Source of the DNA: an uncultured Chloroflexia bacterium
GTDB lineage: Bacteria > Chloroflexota > Chloroflexia > QHBQ01 > JADMIH01
Direction: 5' to 3'
DNA: 64,000 bases
Assembly: GCA_963797095.1 (NCBI GenBank)
Contig: CAWCNY010000005.1
Coordinates: forward strand, 256,001 to 320,000
Position numbers and translations under genes: made by a program. This document shows positions 1 through 10,242 of the stretch, in pieces. Below the pieces are notes generated by a model, which saw only the letters and a program-made list of their open reading frames with translations, did no database searches and was not told the origin of the DNA. Position 1 is the first letter of the stretch, and each line of letters opens with the position of its first letter.

Positions 1-1
1 C

Positions 2-316
2 TAGCTCAGCTTCCGGGATGGGCGATAGTGGGAAGAGCACCTGCGTCTGCTCGACCTGTTTGGGCGGGGTCTCCGCCCTCTCCGATGGCACAAAAGCGCC
101 ATAGAGCGCACCCACCAGCGCACCGATGCCAGCTCCCGCGAGAAGTCCTACAATGGCAGTTGAAAGGACACCCTGGCCCACAGTCGGGCCAATTACCGGC
201 ACAGCTTCCGGTCGCGTGGCGATCACCCACCCGATCAAAGCGCCGAGTATTCCACCAAACACCGCGCCAACGGCTGCGCCTCCCCTGACATTTGCCATTG
301 TCTCGTCATCCGACAC
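2..316 (-). CDS. Gly/Ala-rich membrane protein (glycine-zipper/general-stress-like), 3' end runs off the window
   Basis: Open minus frame from GTG at 316 (SD GGGAGGGG): MSDDETMANVRGGAAVGAVFGGILGALIG...VPVIGP...GLLAGAGIGALVGALYG. No stop before position 1. Absent from the ORF track. Confidence 0.65.
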   Translation of the reverse strand, partial: MSDDETMANVRGGAAVGAVFGGILGALIGWVIATRPEAVPVIGPTVGQGVLSTAIVGLLAGAGIGALVGALYGAFVPSERAETPPKQVEQTQVLFPLSPIPEAEL

Positions 317-542
317 CAATCGCCCCTCCCAACCCGGGAAATAAAGCAGCTACTACGAAGAGTGAGAGCGCTGAACGCCAAATCTTCGCTAGTGAGCACT
401 CTATTCTACGACTAATCTGTGGTTGATGCAACGACCTCTGCACACGCGAAAAGCCTAGTGCCATAATCCCTCGAACGGAATATTGGGTTGTGGACGGTTG
501 CCCTGGAGGCAACACCACAACAGGCGATTACGGAGTAGGCCA

Positions 543-2157
543 TTGAGTTCTATCAATCTGGCTGTGGCCTGCGTGTGCGGGTGCGGGCTGGGACTCCTCC
601 TGCTGGGCCACTACCCGGCAGGGCTTGACCTCGCGCCTTGGATGGTGCTAATCCTGCTGGGCTTGTGCTCCCTGGGTTGCGCGTTCCTGGGCGCACTGAC
701 AGGCGAGTCACATGGGCGGCTCTGTTGGCCGCGTTCGCCCCCCTGGGGTGCGGTCGTGCCCTCGTAATCCACCCGCCCGCTACCTCTACCGACCTGGCTT
801 ACTACAACACTCCAATCAGTTCCACCGGCCCACCCATCCAGGTTGTAGGCGTCGTTACCGGCGAGCCACTGTTGGCCGACCGCTCACAAAGTCTGCGTAT
901 CAGCGCAGAAACGATCCGGCTAGGAGGCTCTACAAGCAGGCTGGTAGTCAAGGGTGATTTGCAGGCCGTCCTCCCGCGCTACCCTGAGTACTCGTTCGGC
1001 GAGCGGCTCGTCCTCGAAGGAATCCTTACAGGCCCGCCCACACTTGGCGACTTCGATTACGCGGCGTGGCTTGGCAGGCAGGGCATTTACAGCTACATGA
1101 GCTTCCCCCGCACTCGCAGTCTGGGGCGCTCAGGCGACGAAGGATTAGAAGCACTGGTTTCGGAGGCTAGAGAGGAGGCGCGCAATACCTTGCGGCGCAC
1201 GGTGGCCGAGCCGCAGGCCAGCGTCGCTATTGGCGTGGTTGTGGGCGACCACACCGCCCTTCCCGACGCCCTGAGCGACGACTTCCGCCGGACCGGCACT
1301 TTGCACATTCTCGCCATCTCCGGCCAGAGTATCTCCTTGCTGTCGGGCTCCTGTGGCTCATCAGGTCGGGCCGCCGGCGCAAGCGCGTCATGCCCCTATG
1401 GCTCGCCCTGATTACGGCGGTCGTGCTCGCGCTCCATACCGCCTTCACGGGAGCATCACCCCCTTAGTAAGGGCCGCGATTATGGGCGCTGTCGTCCTCT
1501 TTGCGCCCGTTGTTCGTCGCCGCTACGACCCACTTGCCGCCCTGGCGGTAGCGGCTGCGGCCATAATCCTGCTCGATCCCGATGTGCTGGCCGATGCGGG
1601 TTTCCAACTGTCATTCCTGTCTATGTGGGGCATAACCACTTTTGCCTCGCCCATAACCTCCCTGCTGGGGAAAATACGGCTGCCCGACCTCCTCTTCTAT
1701 CCGCTGGCGACCAGCCTCTCCGCTCAAACCGCCACCCTCCCTCTGAGCATACTCCTCTACGGGCAGGTATCTATCGTCTCGCCGATCGCCACCCTGGTCG
1801 CCGACACCACCCTCTCACCGCTCATGCTCTCCGGTATTGCCACGGTTTCTAGGCCTTCTGCCGTGGTTCGTCTTTTCGTGGCTGGGCGGCCTGCTCGTCT
1901 GGCTGTCAGCCGCCTGGCTCACCTGGTGGGTAGAATGGTGGGCGCAATTCCCCTGTGCGGCCATTCCGGTACAAGGCTTCCAACAACTATACGCCCTCGC
2001 CTATTACGCAGCCCTCTTCGCGGGTGCATGGCTCTTTTCCAGGGCAAAACGCAGAGAGCAACTAATCGCATTAGGGCCCCGCTGCAGAGTGGCTGCCCTG
2101 GGCGCCCTAGCCGCAGGTGTCTGGGTGGCGGCGGTGCTGCTTGTTGTAGCCCGGTAG
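543..2157 (+). pseudogene. comEC: ComEC/Rec2 competence protein (DUF4131 + competence domain) broken by about four frameshifts
   Basis: ComEC motifs lie in successive frames: 'GDFDYAAWL..QGI', 'F.RTGTLHILAISG', 'LVRAAIMG', 'DAGFQLSF'. Frame changes near 703, 1341, 1462 and 1847. TTG start at 543 with GGAG. Confidence 0.85.
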
Positions 2158-2311
2158 ATACAGGCTACCTTCGTCTCCAACTTTTGGGAGAGAAGTACCA
2201 CTGGCAGAGTGACCTCGAAAAGCCGCGCGTAATGTATAATCGGAACGAGTCGCCACTCTAAGGCGCTCATCTCTATGTAGTGCTCACTAATTCCGTGGGT
2301 TTTCGAAAGGC

Positions 2312-4786
2312 ATGGCATTGCACCGTAAGCATATTTTATGTCGTTTTGCGCTGGCTATCTCGCTCATAGTCATATCCTGCGCTTTCCTCAGCCACGCTCA
2401 AACAAACCCAACCTCAGTATATGCCGCGCCAGCCCCCCCGCAGGCATCCTCCCCATTCGGTGTGGCCGGCGTGATGCGCTGGCCCGTTTGGGGCACCTTC
2501 AACGAGCCTGCTGACCTTATGTTGCAAACAGGCGGCGCGTGGGTGCGCGACGACTTCGTATGGTCCTTGATCGAACCTAAGCCCGACCAATGGGATTGGA
2601 CCGCCACCGACAAGATCGTGGCCGAGTTGGGCGGGCGCAATCTCAATGTCCTGGGCCTGCTGGCCTATTCGGTAAGCTGGGCCACTTCCACCACCGACGA
2701 CAATTCCACAGCGCTCTCATTCTACCCACCCGATCCCGACAAATACTACACCTTCGTTCGCACCCTCGTACGCAGATACAAGAACGTGATCCACACCTGG
2801 GAAGTGTGGAACGAGCCCGACAACAACATATTCTGGAAGCCCTCGCCCAGTCCGCGCGACTACGCGGCCCTCCTCAAGGTCGCATACCGCGCCGTCAAGG
2901 ACGCCGACCCAACTGCCAGAGTCGCAACGGGTGGCGTATCGGGAAACGCTGTGCCCTTCCTCGAAGAAGTATTCGCAAGCGGCGCATCAAACTCGTTCGA
3001 CATCCTGGCGATCCACCCCTATGCCGTGCCCCTCGATCCCGCCCAGGGCCAGATACAAAGCCGCCCTGAAGTCCACAAGATACTCGATGTCGAGCTTGCC
3101 AAGTACCGCGCCCTCCTCAGCAGGCACTCACTGGACAAGCCTGTTTGGGTCACCGAGATCGGCTGGCCCGCGAACGGTTGGAACCTGAACCCCAACCTCC
3201 AGGCCGACTACCTGGCCCAGGCTTACGCGCTCATGCTCTCAAGCGGCCTCACCGAGCGTATCTTTGCATACAGCTTCAAGGACCAATCGGCAAACGGCGG
3301 CGACAGCTGGGGCATGGTCGCCTGGGGTGATGGCGCAACCGACCTGAGCCAGGTTCGACCATCTTTCGACGCCTACTCTACCAGCGCGAAACTCCTGACA
3401 GGCACCTCTCCCGGGGGCCGCATCCAATTATCGCCCGTCTCAGTCGCCGTCGATTTCGAATCGGGCGGCCAGTGGTCGCGCTCCATGCAGGGCGATGGCA
3501 CGCTCACCACTTCCACCGAACGCCAGCACAGCGGATCGGCCTCCGGCAAGCTGCAATACAACCTTACCGCCCAGAACCAGGCCGTGGACTTCGCGCCACC
3601 CCAGCCCGTGAACCTGCCGGGTCAGCCTACCCGCATCGGCGTCTGGGTGCTTGGCGATGGGTCGGGCAACTACCTCAGCGCGTGGCTGCGCGACCGCGAC
3701 GGCGAGCTTTTCAAGGTGCGCCTGGGGGCCGTAATGGGCGCGAACGACGGCTGGCGCTATTACGAATCCTCTATAGACAGCTATTACTTCGATTGGGAGC
3801 ACGCAGGCGGCAACCCCGCCAACGGCAAGCCCGACTACCCACTCCAATTCGTCAGCTTCAGGCTTGAGAACACCCCCGACGAACCTGCCGGTGGGGGCAC
3901 AATCTACCTGGATGATTTGCAGACCTGGGAGGGGCCTGATGTGACCGGCGTTCGTTTCAACAGGGGCGACGGCACCGTCGTTGATGTCGTATGGTCGGCC
4001 AACCCCACCCAGGCCCTTCTGCCCACCTCATCGGGAACCGCCCAGGTCTTTACTCGCGACGGAGCGGAATCGACCGTGACCGCAGGCAACGGCGCGATTC
4101 CACTCGATGTCAACGATAGCCCAATTTATGTGGTCCATAAACCTCCTATCAGCGCCCTGAAAACGACCGCTCCGGTGCTGCCAAACGGCGGGTACACTCA
4201 ATTGTGCGATGCCGCCCAACCTGCCGCCGACCTCAACGCCCCCGGCAACACTTTCTACTCCCAGACATGGCACAACCTCTCCGAACCGTTCAGGTCCTAC
4301 TGGCAGAGCCACGGAGGTGTGAACATCCTGGGCTACCCGATCACCGAGGTGTTTGAGGGCACACTGGACGATGGCAAGCCCTACAAGCTGCAATATTTCG
4401 AACGCGCCAGGATCGAATACCACCCTGAAAATCGCTCACCCGAAGATGTGCAATTGGGACTGTTAGGCGTGTGGGCTGCCGCTCACTCCGATGCGTCACA
4501 CGTGGCACAGGCGCAGGCCGCACCGGGGGGGCAGTTCTTCCCTGAAACGGGCCAGACTCTCAACATCTTCAGCGCCTGGTGGAACGCCAACGGCGGCCTC
4601 TCGACTTTCGGCTTCCCTATATCGCCTGAGACCAAAGAGCGCAACGCCGCCGACGGCAAAGACTACACAGTGCAGTACTTCGAGCGCAATCGCCTCGAAT
4701 ACCACCCCGAAAACGCGGGCACATCCCAGGAAGTGATGCTCGGACTCCTCGGTACCGAGTACGTGACCGCGCAGGGCTGCCGCTGA
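2312..4786 (+). CDS. Secreted clan GH-A glycoside hydrolase (GH39/GH5-like) with a carbohydrate-binding-like domain and two C-terminal Chloroflexi-type repeats
   Basis: Signal peptide; 'WEVWNEPD' (acid/base) and 'VWVTEIGW' (nucleophile); repeats 'GYPITE..QYFERARIEYHPEN' and 'GFPISPE..QYFERNRLEYHPEN'. Confidence 0.8.
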   Translation: MALHRKHILCRFALAISLIVISCAFLSHAQTNPTSVYAAPAPPQASSPFGVAGVMRWPVWGTFNEPADLMLQTGGAWVRDDFVWSLIEPKPDQWDWTATDKIVAELGGRNLNVLGLLAYSVSWATSTTDDNSTALSFYPPDPDKYYTFVRTLVRRYKNVIHTWEVWNEPDNNIFWKPSPSPRDYAALLKVAYRAVKDADPTARVATGGVSGNAVPFLEEVFASGASNSFDILAIHPYAVPLDPAQGQIQSRPEVHKILDVELAKYRALLSRHSLDKPVWVTEIGWPANGWNLNPNLQADYLAQAYALMLSSGLTERIFAYSFKDQSANGGDSWGMVAWGDGATDLSQVRPSFDAYSTSAKLLTGTSPGGRIQLSPVSVAVDFESGGQWSRSMQGDGTLTTSTERQHSGSASGKLQYNLTAQNQAVDFAPPQPVNLPGQPTRIGVWVLGDGSGNYLSAWLRDRDGELFKVRLGAVMGANDGWRYYESSIDSYYFDWEHAGGNPANGKPDYPLQFVSFRLENTPDEPAGGGTIYLDDLQTWEGPDVTGVRFNRGDGTVVDVVWSANPTQALLPTSSGTAQVFTRDGAESTVTAGNGAIPLDVNDSPIYVVHKPPISALKTTAPVLPNGGYTQLCDAAQPAADLNAPGNTFYSQTWHNLSEPFRSYWQSHGGVNILGYPITEVFEGTLDDGKPYKLQYFERARIEYHPENRSPEDVQLGLLGVWAAAHSDASHVAQAQAAPGGQFFPETGQTLNIFSAWWNANGGLSTFGFPISPETKERNAADGKDYTVQYFERNRLEYHPENAGTSQEVMLGLLGTEYVTAQGCR

Positions 4787-4894
4787 CGCGCACTCTCCAC
4801 AACAACTTTGAACAAGCTTATCCAGGCGAGAACTATTCCACCCGAAATGGTGTATAAAGAGTTGAGACACCGCGCCCCTGGATAGGATTGTTCA

Positions 4895-6490
4895 ATGCAC
4901 AAGCGACGCCCAACCGCGCTCTTGCTCCTTGCCATTTTGATCGCGACACAGGCGCCGGTCGCTTGTGACAGCACCGCGCTTCCTGTCTCTACTCCAACAT
5001 CACCACAAGCCACTACGACACCTGCGGCAGAGGCCGCGAGAACGCAGGCCGCTCCAACCCCGGAGCCAACATCAGCCTCAACTCCATCTCTGCTGCCAAC
5101 CCCCACCCGGGAGGGCCAAACACCCACCTCCCGGGCGGCCACGCCCCCAGGTTGCCCGCTCTCCCAGCTTACCGGCTCGCCTCGCGACGGTCTGGGGGAC
5201 AAGCTCTTCCTCACGCTCGGCAACTCCGGCTATGACGTACAGCACTACACCCTCGACCTCACTATAGACGTTGATAAGGACGTAATTTCCGGCACGGCCA
5301 CGCTGGCGATCGCGGCCCTGGAGGACCTACCTTCATTCAACCTGGACTTTCGCCGCCTGGGCATCGCCGGCCTCAAAGTTGACGGCCAGGACGCGACCTA
5401 CACCCGTACCGACACCGAACTAACGATAACCCCAGCAACGCCAATCAAGAGCGGGCAGGACTTCACCCTTGCGATGCAATATGGCGGCCAGCCGGTGAGC
5501 GCCACTCTCAACGGCTCGCCAACCGAAGGGTGGCAGAAGTTCAGCGGTGGCATCCTGGTTGCGGGCGAGCCGGAAGGCGCATCCACATGGTATCCCGTCA
5601 ACGAGCACCCTTGCGACAAAGCCCTCTACACCCTCAAAATCAGAGTGCCCAAGCCCTATGTAGTTGCCGCTAATGGGCACGAAGTCAGCGTCACCGACAA
5701 CGGCGACACCACCACCTACCTGAACGAACTGCGAGACCCTGCGGCAAGCTATCTCATCACCATTGACGTGGGCCGCTTCGACAAAGTCACCCAGGCCGGG
5801 CCGAACGGCCTGGAGCTAAGGAGCTACTTCCCTCAAAGTATGCCAAAGTCCAACCGCACAGTCTTCAACAAGACACCCGATATGATCGACTTCTTCAACT
5901 CGGTGTTCGGCCCTTACCCTTTCGAGACGTATGGCACGCTCGTAGTTGACACCGACCTGGGCTTTGCCCTCGAAACCCAGACCCTGTCCATGTTCGGGAC
6001 CGACCTGGACAACCGCACCATCACAGCCGAGGAAACCCTCGCCCACGAATTGTCCCACCAGTGGTTCGGCGATGCGGTCAGCCTCGAACAATGGAGCGAC
6101 ATCTGGCTCAACGAAGGCTTCGCCACCTACGCACAATGGCTCTGGCTCGAACATACTCAGGGTCGAGGGGTATACGATAATCGCGTCAACACCATGTATC
6201 AGGTCGTGCAGCAAGAGAACGGCATCCCACCGGGTAACCCCACAGCCGACCGCATTTTCAACCTGGGAGTCTACCTCAGGGGCGGCCTTACCCTCCACGC
6301 GCTTCGCATGCAGATCGGTGACGATGCTTTCTTCCGCGCTCTCAAAGCGTATTACGCGAAATACAAGTACGGCAACGCCTCTACCGCCGATTTCATTGCG
6401 GTTGCCGAGCAGGAAAGCGGCCAGAACCTGCAAGACCTTTTCAATAGTTGGCTCTATGCAAAGGATATGCCCGCGCTTCCTCCCGATTGA
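4895..6490 (+). CDS. M1 family zinc aminopeptidase, probable lipoprotein
   Basis: 'GFALE' exopeptidase motif, HELSH-x18-E ('WLNEGFATY'), lipobox-like 'VAC', Pro/Thr linker. Confidence 0.9.
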   Translation: MHKRRPTALLLLAILIATQAPVACDSTALPVSTPTSPQATTTPAAEAARTQAAPTPEPTSASTPSLLPTPTREGQTPTSRAATPPGCPLSQLTGSPRDGLGDKLFLTLGNSGYDVQHYTLDLTIDVDKDVISGTATLAIAALEDLPSFNLDFRRLGIAGLKVDGQDATYTRTDTELTITPATPIKSGQDFTLAMQYGGQPVSATLNGSPTEGWQKFSGGILVAGEPEGASTWYPVNEHPCDKALYTLKIRVPKPYVVAANGHEVSVTDNGDTTTYLNELRDPAASYLITIDVGRFDKVTQAGPNGLELRSYFPQSMPKSNRTVFNKTPDMIDFFNSVFGPYPFETYGTLVVDTDLGFALETQTLSMFGTDLDNRTITAEETLAHELSHQWFGDAVSLEQWSDIWLNEGFATYAQWLWLEHTQGRGVYDNRVNTMYQVVQQENGIPPGNPTADRIFNLGVYLRGGLTLHALRMQIGDDAFFRALKAYYAKYKYGNASTADFIAVAEQESGQNLQDLFNSWLYAKDMPALPPD

Positions 6491-6694
6491 CCCCCCGCAC
6501 AAACCCATCTTACCCTCCAATTGCCGTTAGTCTCGTGCTCAGCGTCGCCATATGGGCATCCGTTTGCTCCTCCCACTTTGCAAAGCAGGAAGCACTCTAT
6601 TTACGAATCTATAGACAATATTTACTTAGTTTTCACCTCTACACACTCTCCGTTTCACGTTGCCTCTTTACAATGAAGCCAGTCCGTAAGAAAG

Positions 6695-7522
6695 ATGGCA
6701 AGCGGACCAGGCACTTCTGAGGAAGTCCTTCCAAAGGACCAAGATTCCGGTGATGAGCCGGGAGAGGAGAAAAAGGTGAAGACCGGTAACATTATTCTCA
6801 TGGTGGTGGCAGGGCTGCTGGGTCTTTTCTTCGGTAACGCACTCGGCGGCATTCTCTGGGCGCTCATTTTGGGCGTGATTTCGGTGGGAGGCGCGTATAT
6901 CGCCACCTCTACACAGGAAAAAGCTGATGCAAAGGCAGGCGTATCCACTCAATCGACGGTGGAAGACCCCAAGATCGCTCAGTTCCTTTTCAAAGACACC
7001 CGCGCTGCGGCGCTCTGGCTGCCGCTTCGCATATTTATCGGCTGGGAATGGCTTGACGCCGGTATGCACAAGTTCCAGGACCCCAAGTGGATGAGTGATG
7101 GCACAGCCCTCCTCGGCTTCTGGCAGAACGCCGTCAAGGTTCCCGACACCGGCAAGGCCCCCATTACCTACGAGTGGTGGCGCGGTTTCCTTCAGGGCAT
7201 GATCGACTCGAACGCACACGTCTGGTTCGCGAAAGTAATCACCTTCGGTGAGATGCTGGTTGGCCTGGGCCTGATCGTTGGAGCGCTGGTAGGCGTAGCT
7301 GCCTTCTTCGGAGCCTTGATGAACTTCTCGTTCCTCCTCTCCGGCTCGAGCAGCACCAACCCCATCATGTTGGTGGGTGCCTTCCTCCTGGTGCTGGCCT
7401 GGAAGACCGCCGGTTGGATTGGCGCGGATCGCGTACTCCTCCCGTTCCTGGGAACCCCGTGGCAAGGCGGAAAGATCGTACACCGACAAGATACGATGGC
7501 ACCGACCTCGGTCACATCGTAA
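6695..7522 (+). CDS. DoxX/DoxD (TQO small subunit)-like membrane protein
   Basis: 'LRIFIGWEWLDAG..K', 'GEMLVGLGLIVG...AAFFGALMNFSFLLSGS.STNP', 'AGWIGADR'. Confidence 0.85.
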   Translation: MASGPGTSEEVLPKDQDSGDEPGEEKKVKTGNIILMVVAGLLGLFFGNALGGILWALILGVISVGGAYIATSTQEKADAKAGVSTQSTVEDPKIAQFLFKDTRAAALWLPLRIFIGWEWLDAGMHKFQDPKWMSDGTALLGFWQNAVKVPDTGKAPITYEWWRGFLQGMIDSNAHVWFAKVITFGEMLVGLGLIVGALVGVAAFFGALMNFSFLLSGSSSTNPIMLVGAFLLVLAWKTAGWIGADRVLLPFLGTPWQGGKIVHRQDTMAPTSVTS

Positions 7523-7599
7523 CCCGGTACAGCACAACCGAATATGACATCTAAAGAGAGCGCCTACGCCGGGTGCTCTCTGTCTATCCAGTCTATGGC

Positions 7600-8406
7600 T
7601 CACACCTTCGCTTTAGGCGGTTCAACCACCCGGCGCTTTCCAGCCAGTTCGCGCCACGAGATGACTGTGCCGGGCAGACCCAGCACTATCCCCACCAGGC
7701 CCAGCAGATTCGAGTTGAACCAATCGCCCATCGAATCGGCAATCACATTGTTCGTCACGTTGCTCGCCGGTATTCTCCGCTCCGTAGTCCATAGATCGTT
7801 CGGAACAGAGCTTGTTAGCGCCACAGCGCGATCATTCACGTCGATGTATTCGACGTACACGTGCGGCTTCAGCACCACGTCCTGCCGCTCCTCAGCCGTT
7901 ATCTCCCACTCCCACATGTTAAATGTGTGCAGGTCTTGTTCGCGCTTGTCGACATTCTCCTTCGTGATCTTCGCCCCCACAACCTCCAGGTCAACCGTAA
8001 CGCGGGGCCGCAAATCGGGGAACGATGGTAGCGTGACCGGCACCTCTGGAGTTTCGTTCCCCACCTGTGCAATCGGGCTGTTGCCTTCGGCAAAAATTGT
8101 GAACCTTACCACCGACGCCTGCCCGATTTCGAGCTTTTTCGGGTACGAAAGCTGCGCCTCCCGCGTGATCGGCGCCGGAGTCTCCCCGATGGCAGGTGGC
8201 GTGGAGACTCCCCGCGAAGGCGTGTTCGTCCATTCAACCCCCTCCGCGAGCGCGGTCCATGTGAGGGTTGCCGATGCAGGCGGGGATGGGTTTGAAGACC
8301 CGGCAAAGCCGCCCGTGTTCAGAACGAACGAGATTGCACACACAGCCAGCAGGCCCACGACAACCACACTTATCCACAACAAGATGACAACAAGAGATCG
8401 ATTCAT
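7600..8406 (-). CDS. Hypothetical membrane-anchored protein
   Basis: N- and C-terminal hydrophobic helices around a Pro/Thr linker and a beta-rich domain. ATG 8406 preferred to the longer track start. Confidence 0.6.
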   Translation of the reverse strand: MNRSLVVILLWISVVVVGLLAVCAISFVLNTGGFAGSSNPSPPASATLTWTALAEGVEWTNTPSRGVSTPPAIGETPAPITREAQLSYPKKLEIGQASVVRFTIFAEGNSPIAQVGNETPEVPVTLPSFPDLRPRVTVDLEVVGAKITKENVDKREQDLHTFNMWEWEITAEERQDVVLKPHVYVEYIDVNDRAVALTSSVPNDLWTTERRIPASNVTNNVIADSMGDWFNSNLLGLVGIVLGLPGTVISWRELAGKRRVVEPPKAKV

Positions 8407-8435
8407 ACTCTCAGGCTCCGCGTGCCATGTGCAAG

Positions 8436-8624
8436 CTACGGAACGGTAGCTGTGGCCCCAGGCAACGGTACTTGCAGCGGTGCGCCCACGATCTGCTGCG
8501 CGCCGCTGTCGGGGAAGCTCGCCACCAGGCCCCAGAAGCCCCACACAAGCAGCAGTAAACTCAGCAGCAGGACTATCGCGAAAAGTCCCACTCGTCCCTT
8601 CGTTGTACGCATATCGACACTCAT
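8436..8624 (-). CDS. Small single-pass membrane protein
   Basis: 62 aa with one clear TM helix; starts 8 nt after the ABC ATPase stop. Confidence 0.5.
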   Translation of the reverse strand: MSVDMRTTKGRVGLFAIVLLLSLLLLVWGFWGLVASFPDSGAQQIVGAPLQVPLPGATATVP

Positions 8625-8632
8625 AGCCCGAA

Positions 8633-10186
8633 TCAGGCGGTGCCGCCTGTCATCAACAGACCAAGCTTGTCGCGAGTCGCCTCGGAGCGCGGCAGCACGG
8701 CCACCAACTTCCCCTTGTATATCACGCCAATCGTGTCGGAGAGGGCCATAATTTCGTCCAACTCGGCTGATACCAGCAGCACTGCTACTCCCTCGTCGCG
8801 CTGTGCCACGATCTGCTTGTGGATGAACTCAATCGAGCCTACATCAAGCCCGCGCGTGGGCTGCGCCGCCACCAGGAATTTGATCTGCCTCGAAAGCTCC
8901 CGTGCCAGGATCACTTTTTGCTGGTTTCCGCCCGACAGGTTGCGCGCCTGCACCTCAACGCGTGGCGGGCGCACGTCGAACCGCTTCACAACCCTCCTCG
9001 CGAACTCCAATATCGAGCGATCGTTCCTGAAGATCCCCCTCGCGAAAGGCGCTTCATCATACGTATTGAGCACTGTATTGTCAGCCACCGTGTATGTGAG
9101 CACAAGCCCATACTTGTGCCGGTCTTCAGGCACATGCGCCAGCCCGCTATCTATCAGCGTGCTCGTAAGCGCATGAGTCACATCTTTGCCGTCCAGCTTC
9201 ATCGTCCCACCCGACGGCTTCCTCAGCCCCGTCAGAGCCTCAACGAGATCTGTCTGCCCGTTACCCTCGATCCCCGCTATACCGAAAATCTCGCCCTCGC
9301 GCACGGTCAGGTTCAACCCGTCAACAGCCAGGTGCCGCCGGTTGTCGTGCACCTGCAAATTAGCCACTTCCAGCACCGGCTTGCCCGGCTTGGCGGGCCG
9401 CTTCTCCACCTGAAGCAGCACGTCCCTGCCCACCATCAACGAGGCCAGGTGCGCCTCGGTCGCCGTCGCCGGGTCGGCGCTTCCTGCCACCTTCCCATGC
9501 CTCAAAACGGTGATCCGGTCGGCCACCGCCAGCACCTCTTTCAATTTATGCGTGATGAAAACGATAGCTTTTCCGTTGTCAGCCAGCTTGCGCATAATCA
9601 CGAACAGTTCGTCCGCCTCCTGAGGCGTTAGCACTGCGGTCGGCTCGTCCAGGATCAATATGTCGGCGTTCCGGTAGAATGCCTTGAGAATCTCAACGCG
9701 CTGCTGCGACCCTACGGGCAGGTCCTGTATCTTCGCCCCAGGGTCAACTTCCAAACCGTATTCCGCCGAAAGCTGCCGGATGCGTTTGGCGGCCTCGGTC
9801 CTATCGAGCACCACCCCGGCGGTGACGCTCTCGCCCCCCAGCATGATATTCTCGGTAACAGTAAGTGGAGGCACCAGCATAAAGTGCTGGTGCACCATGC
9901 CGATCCCGGCAGCAATTGCGTCGCTAGGCCCATTGAAGCGCGCCTCCCGACCGCGCACGTAAATATGCCCTTCGGTCGGCCTATACAGCCCGTAAAGCAG
10001 GTTCATCAGCGTGGACTTGCCAGCCCCGTTCTCGCCAAGCAGCGCGTGTATCTCCCCCGGCTTTAAATCCAGGTCGATATGGTCGTTCGCAAGGATCCCC
10101 GGAAACCGCTTGGTCATCCCGCGCGCCTGCAACGCATACGCAGGATCCGGAGCCGCAATTTTGCTTTCACTGAGTGTTTGTTGCAT
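8633..10186 (-). CDS. Nucleoside/sugar ABC transporter ATP-binding protein (NupA/YufO-like, tandem ABC domains)
   Basis: 'GENGAGKST', 'LILDEPTAVL', 'LSGGNQQK', 'QPTRGLDVG'. Confidence 0.93.
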   Translation of the reverse strand: MQQTLSESKIAAPDPAYALQARGMTKRFPGILANDHIDLDLKPGEIHALLGENGAGKSTLMNLLYGLYRPTEGHIYVRGREARFNGPSDAIAAGIGMVHQHFMLVPPLTVTENIMLGGESVTAGVVLDRTEAAKRIRQLSAEYGLEVDPGAKIQDLPVGSQQRVEILKAFYRNADILILDEPTAVLTPQEADELFVIMRKLADNGKAIVFITHKLKEVLAVADRITVLRHGKVAGSADPATATEAHLASLMVGRDVLLQVEKRPAKPGKPVLEVANLQVHDNRRHLAVDGLNLTVREGEIFGIAGIEGNGQTDLVEALTGLRKPSGGTMKLDGKDVTHALTSTLIDSGLAHVPEDRHKYGLVLTYTVADNTVLNTYDEAPFARGIFRNDRSILEFARRVVKRFDVRPPRVEVQARNLSGGNQQKVILARELSRQIKFLVAAQPTRGLDVGSIEFIHKQIVAQRDEGVAVLLVSAELDEIMALSDTIGVIYKGKLVAVLPRSEATRDKLGLLMTGGTA

Positions 10187-10242
10187 AACTATCGCACCGG
10201 AAACCAGGAACTAAGAGCTAAGAACTTGGAACCAGGCCCTAC

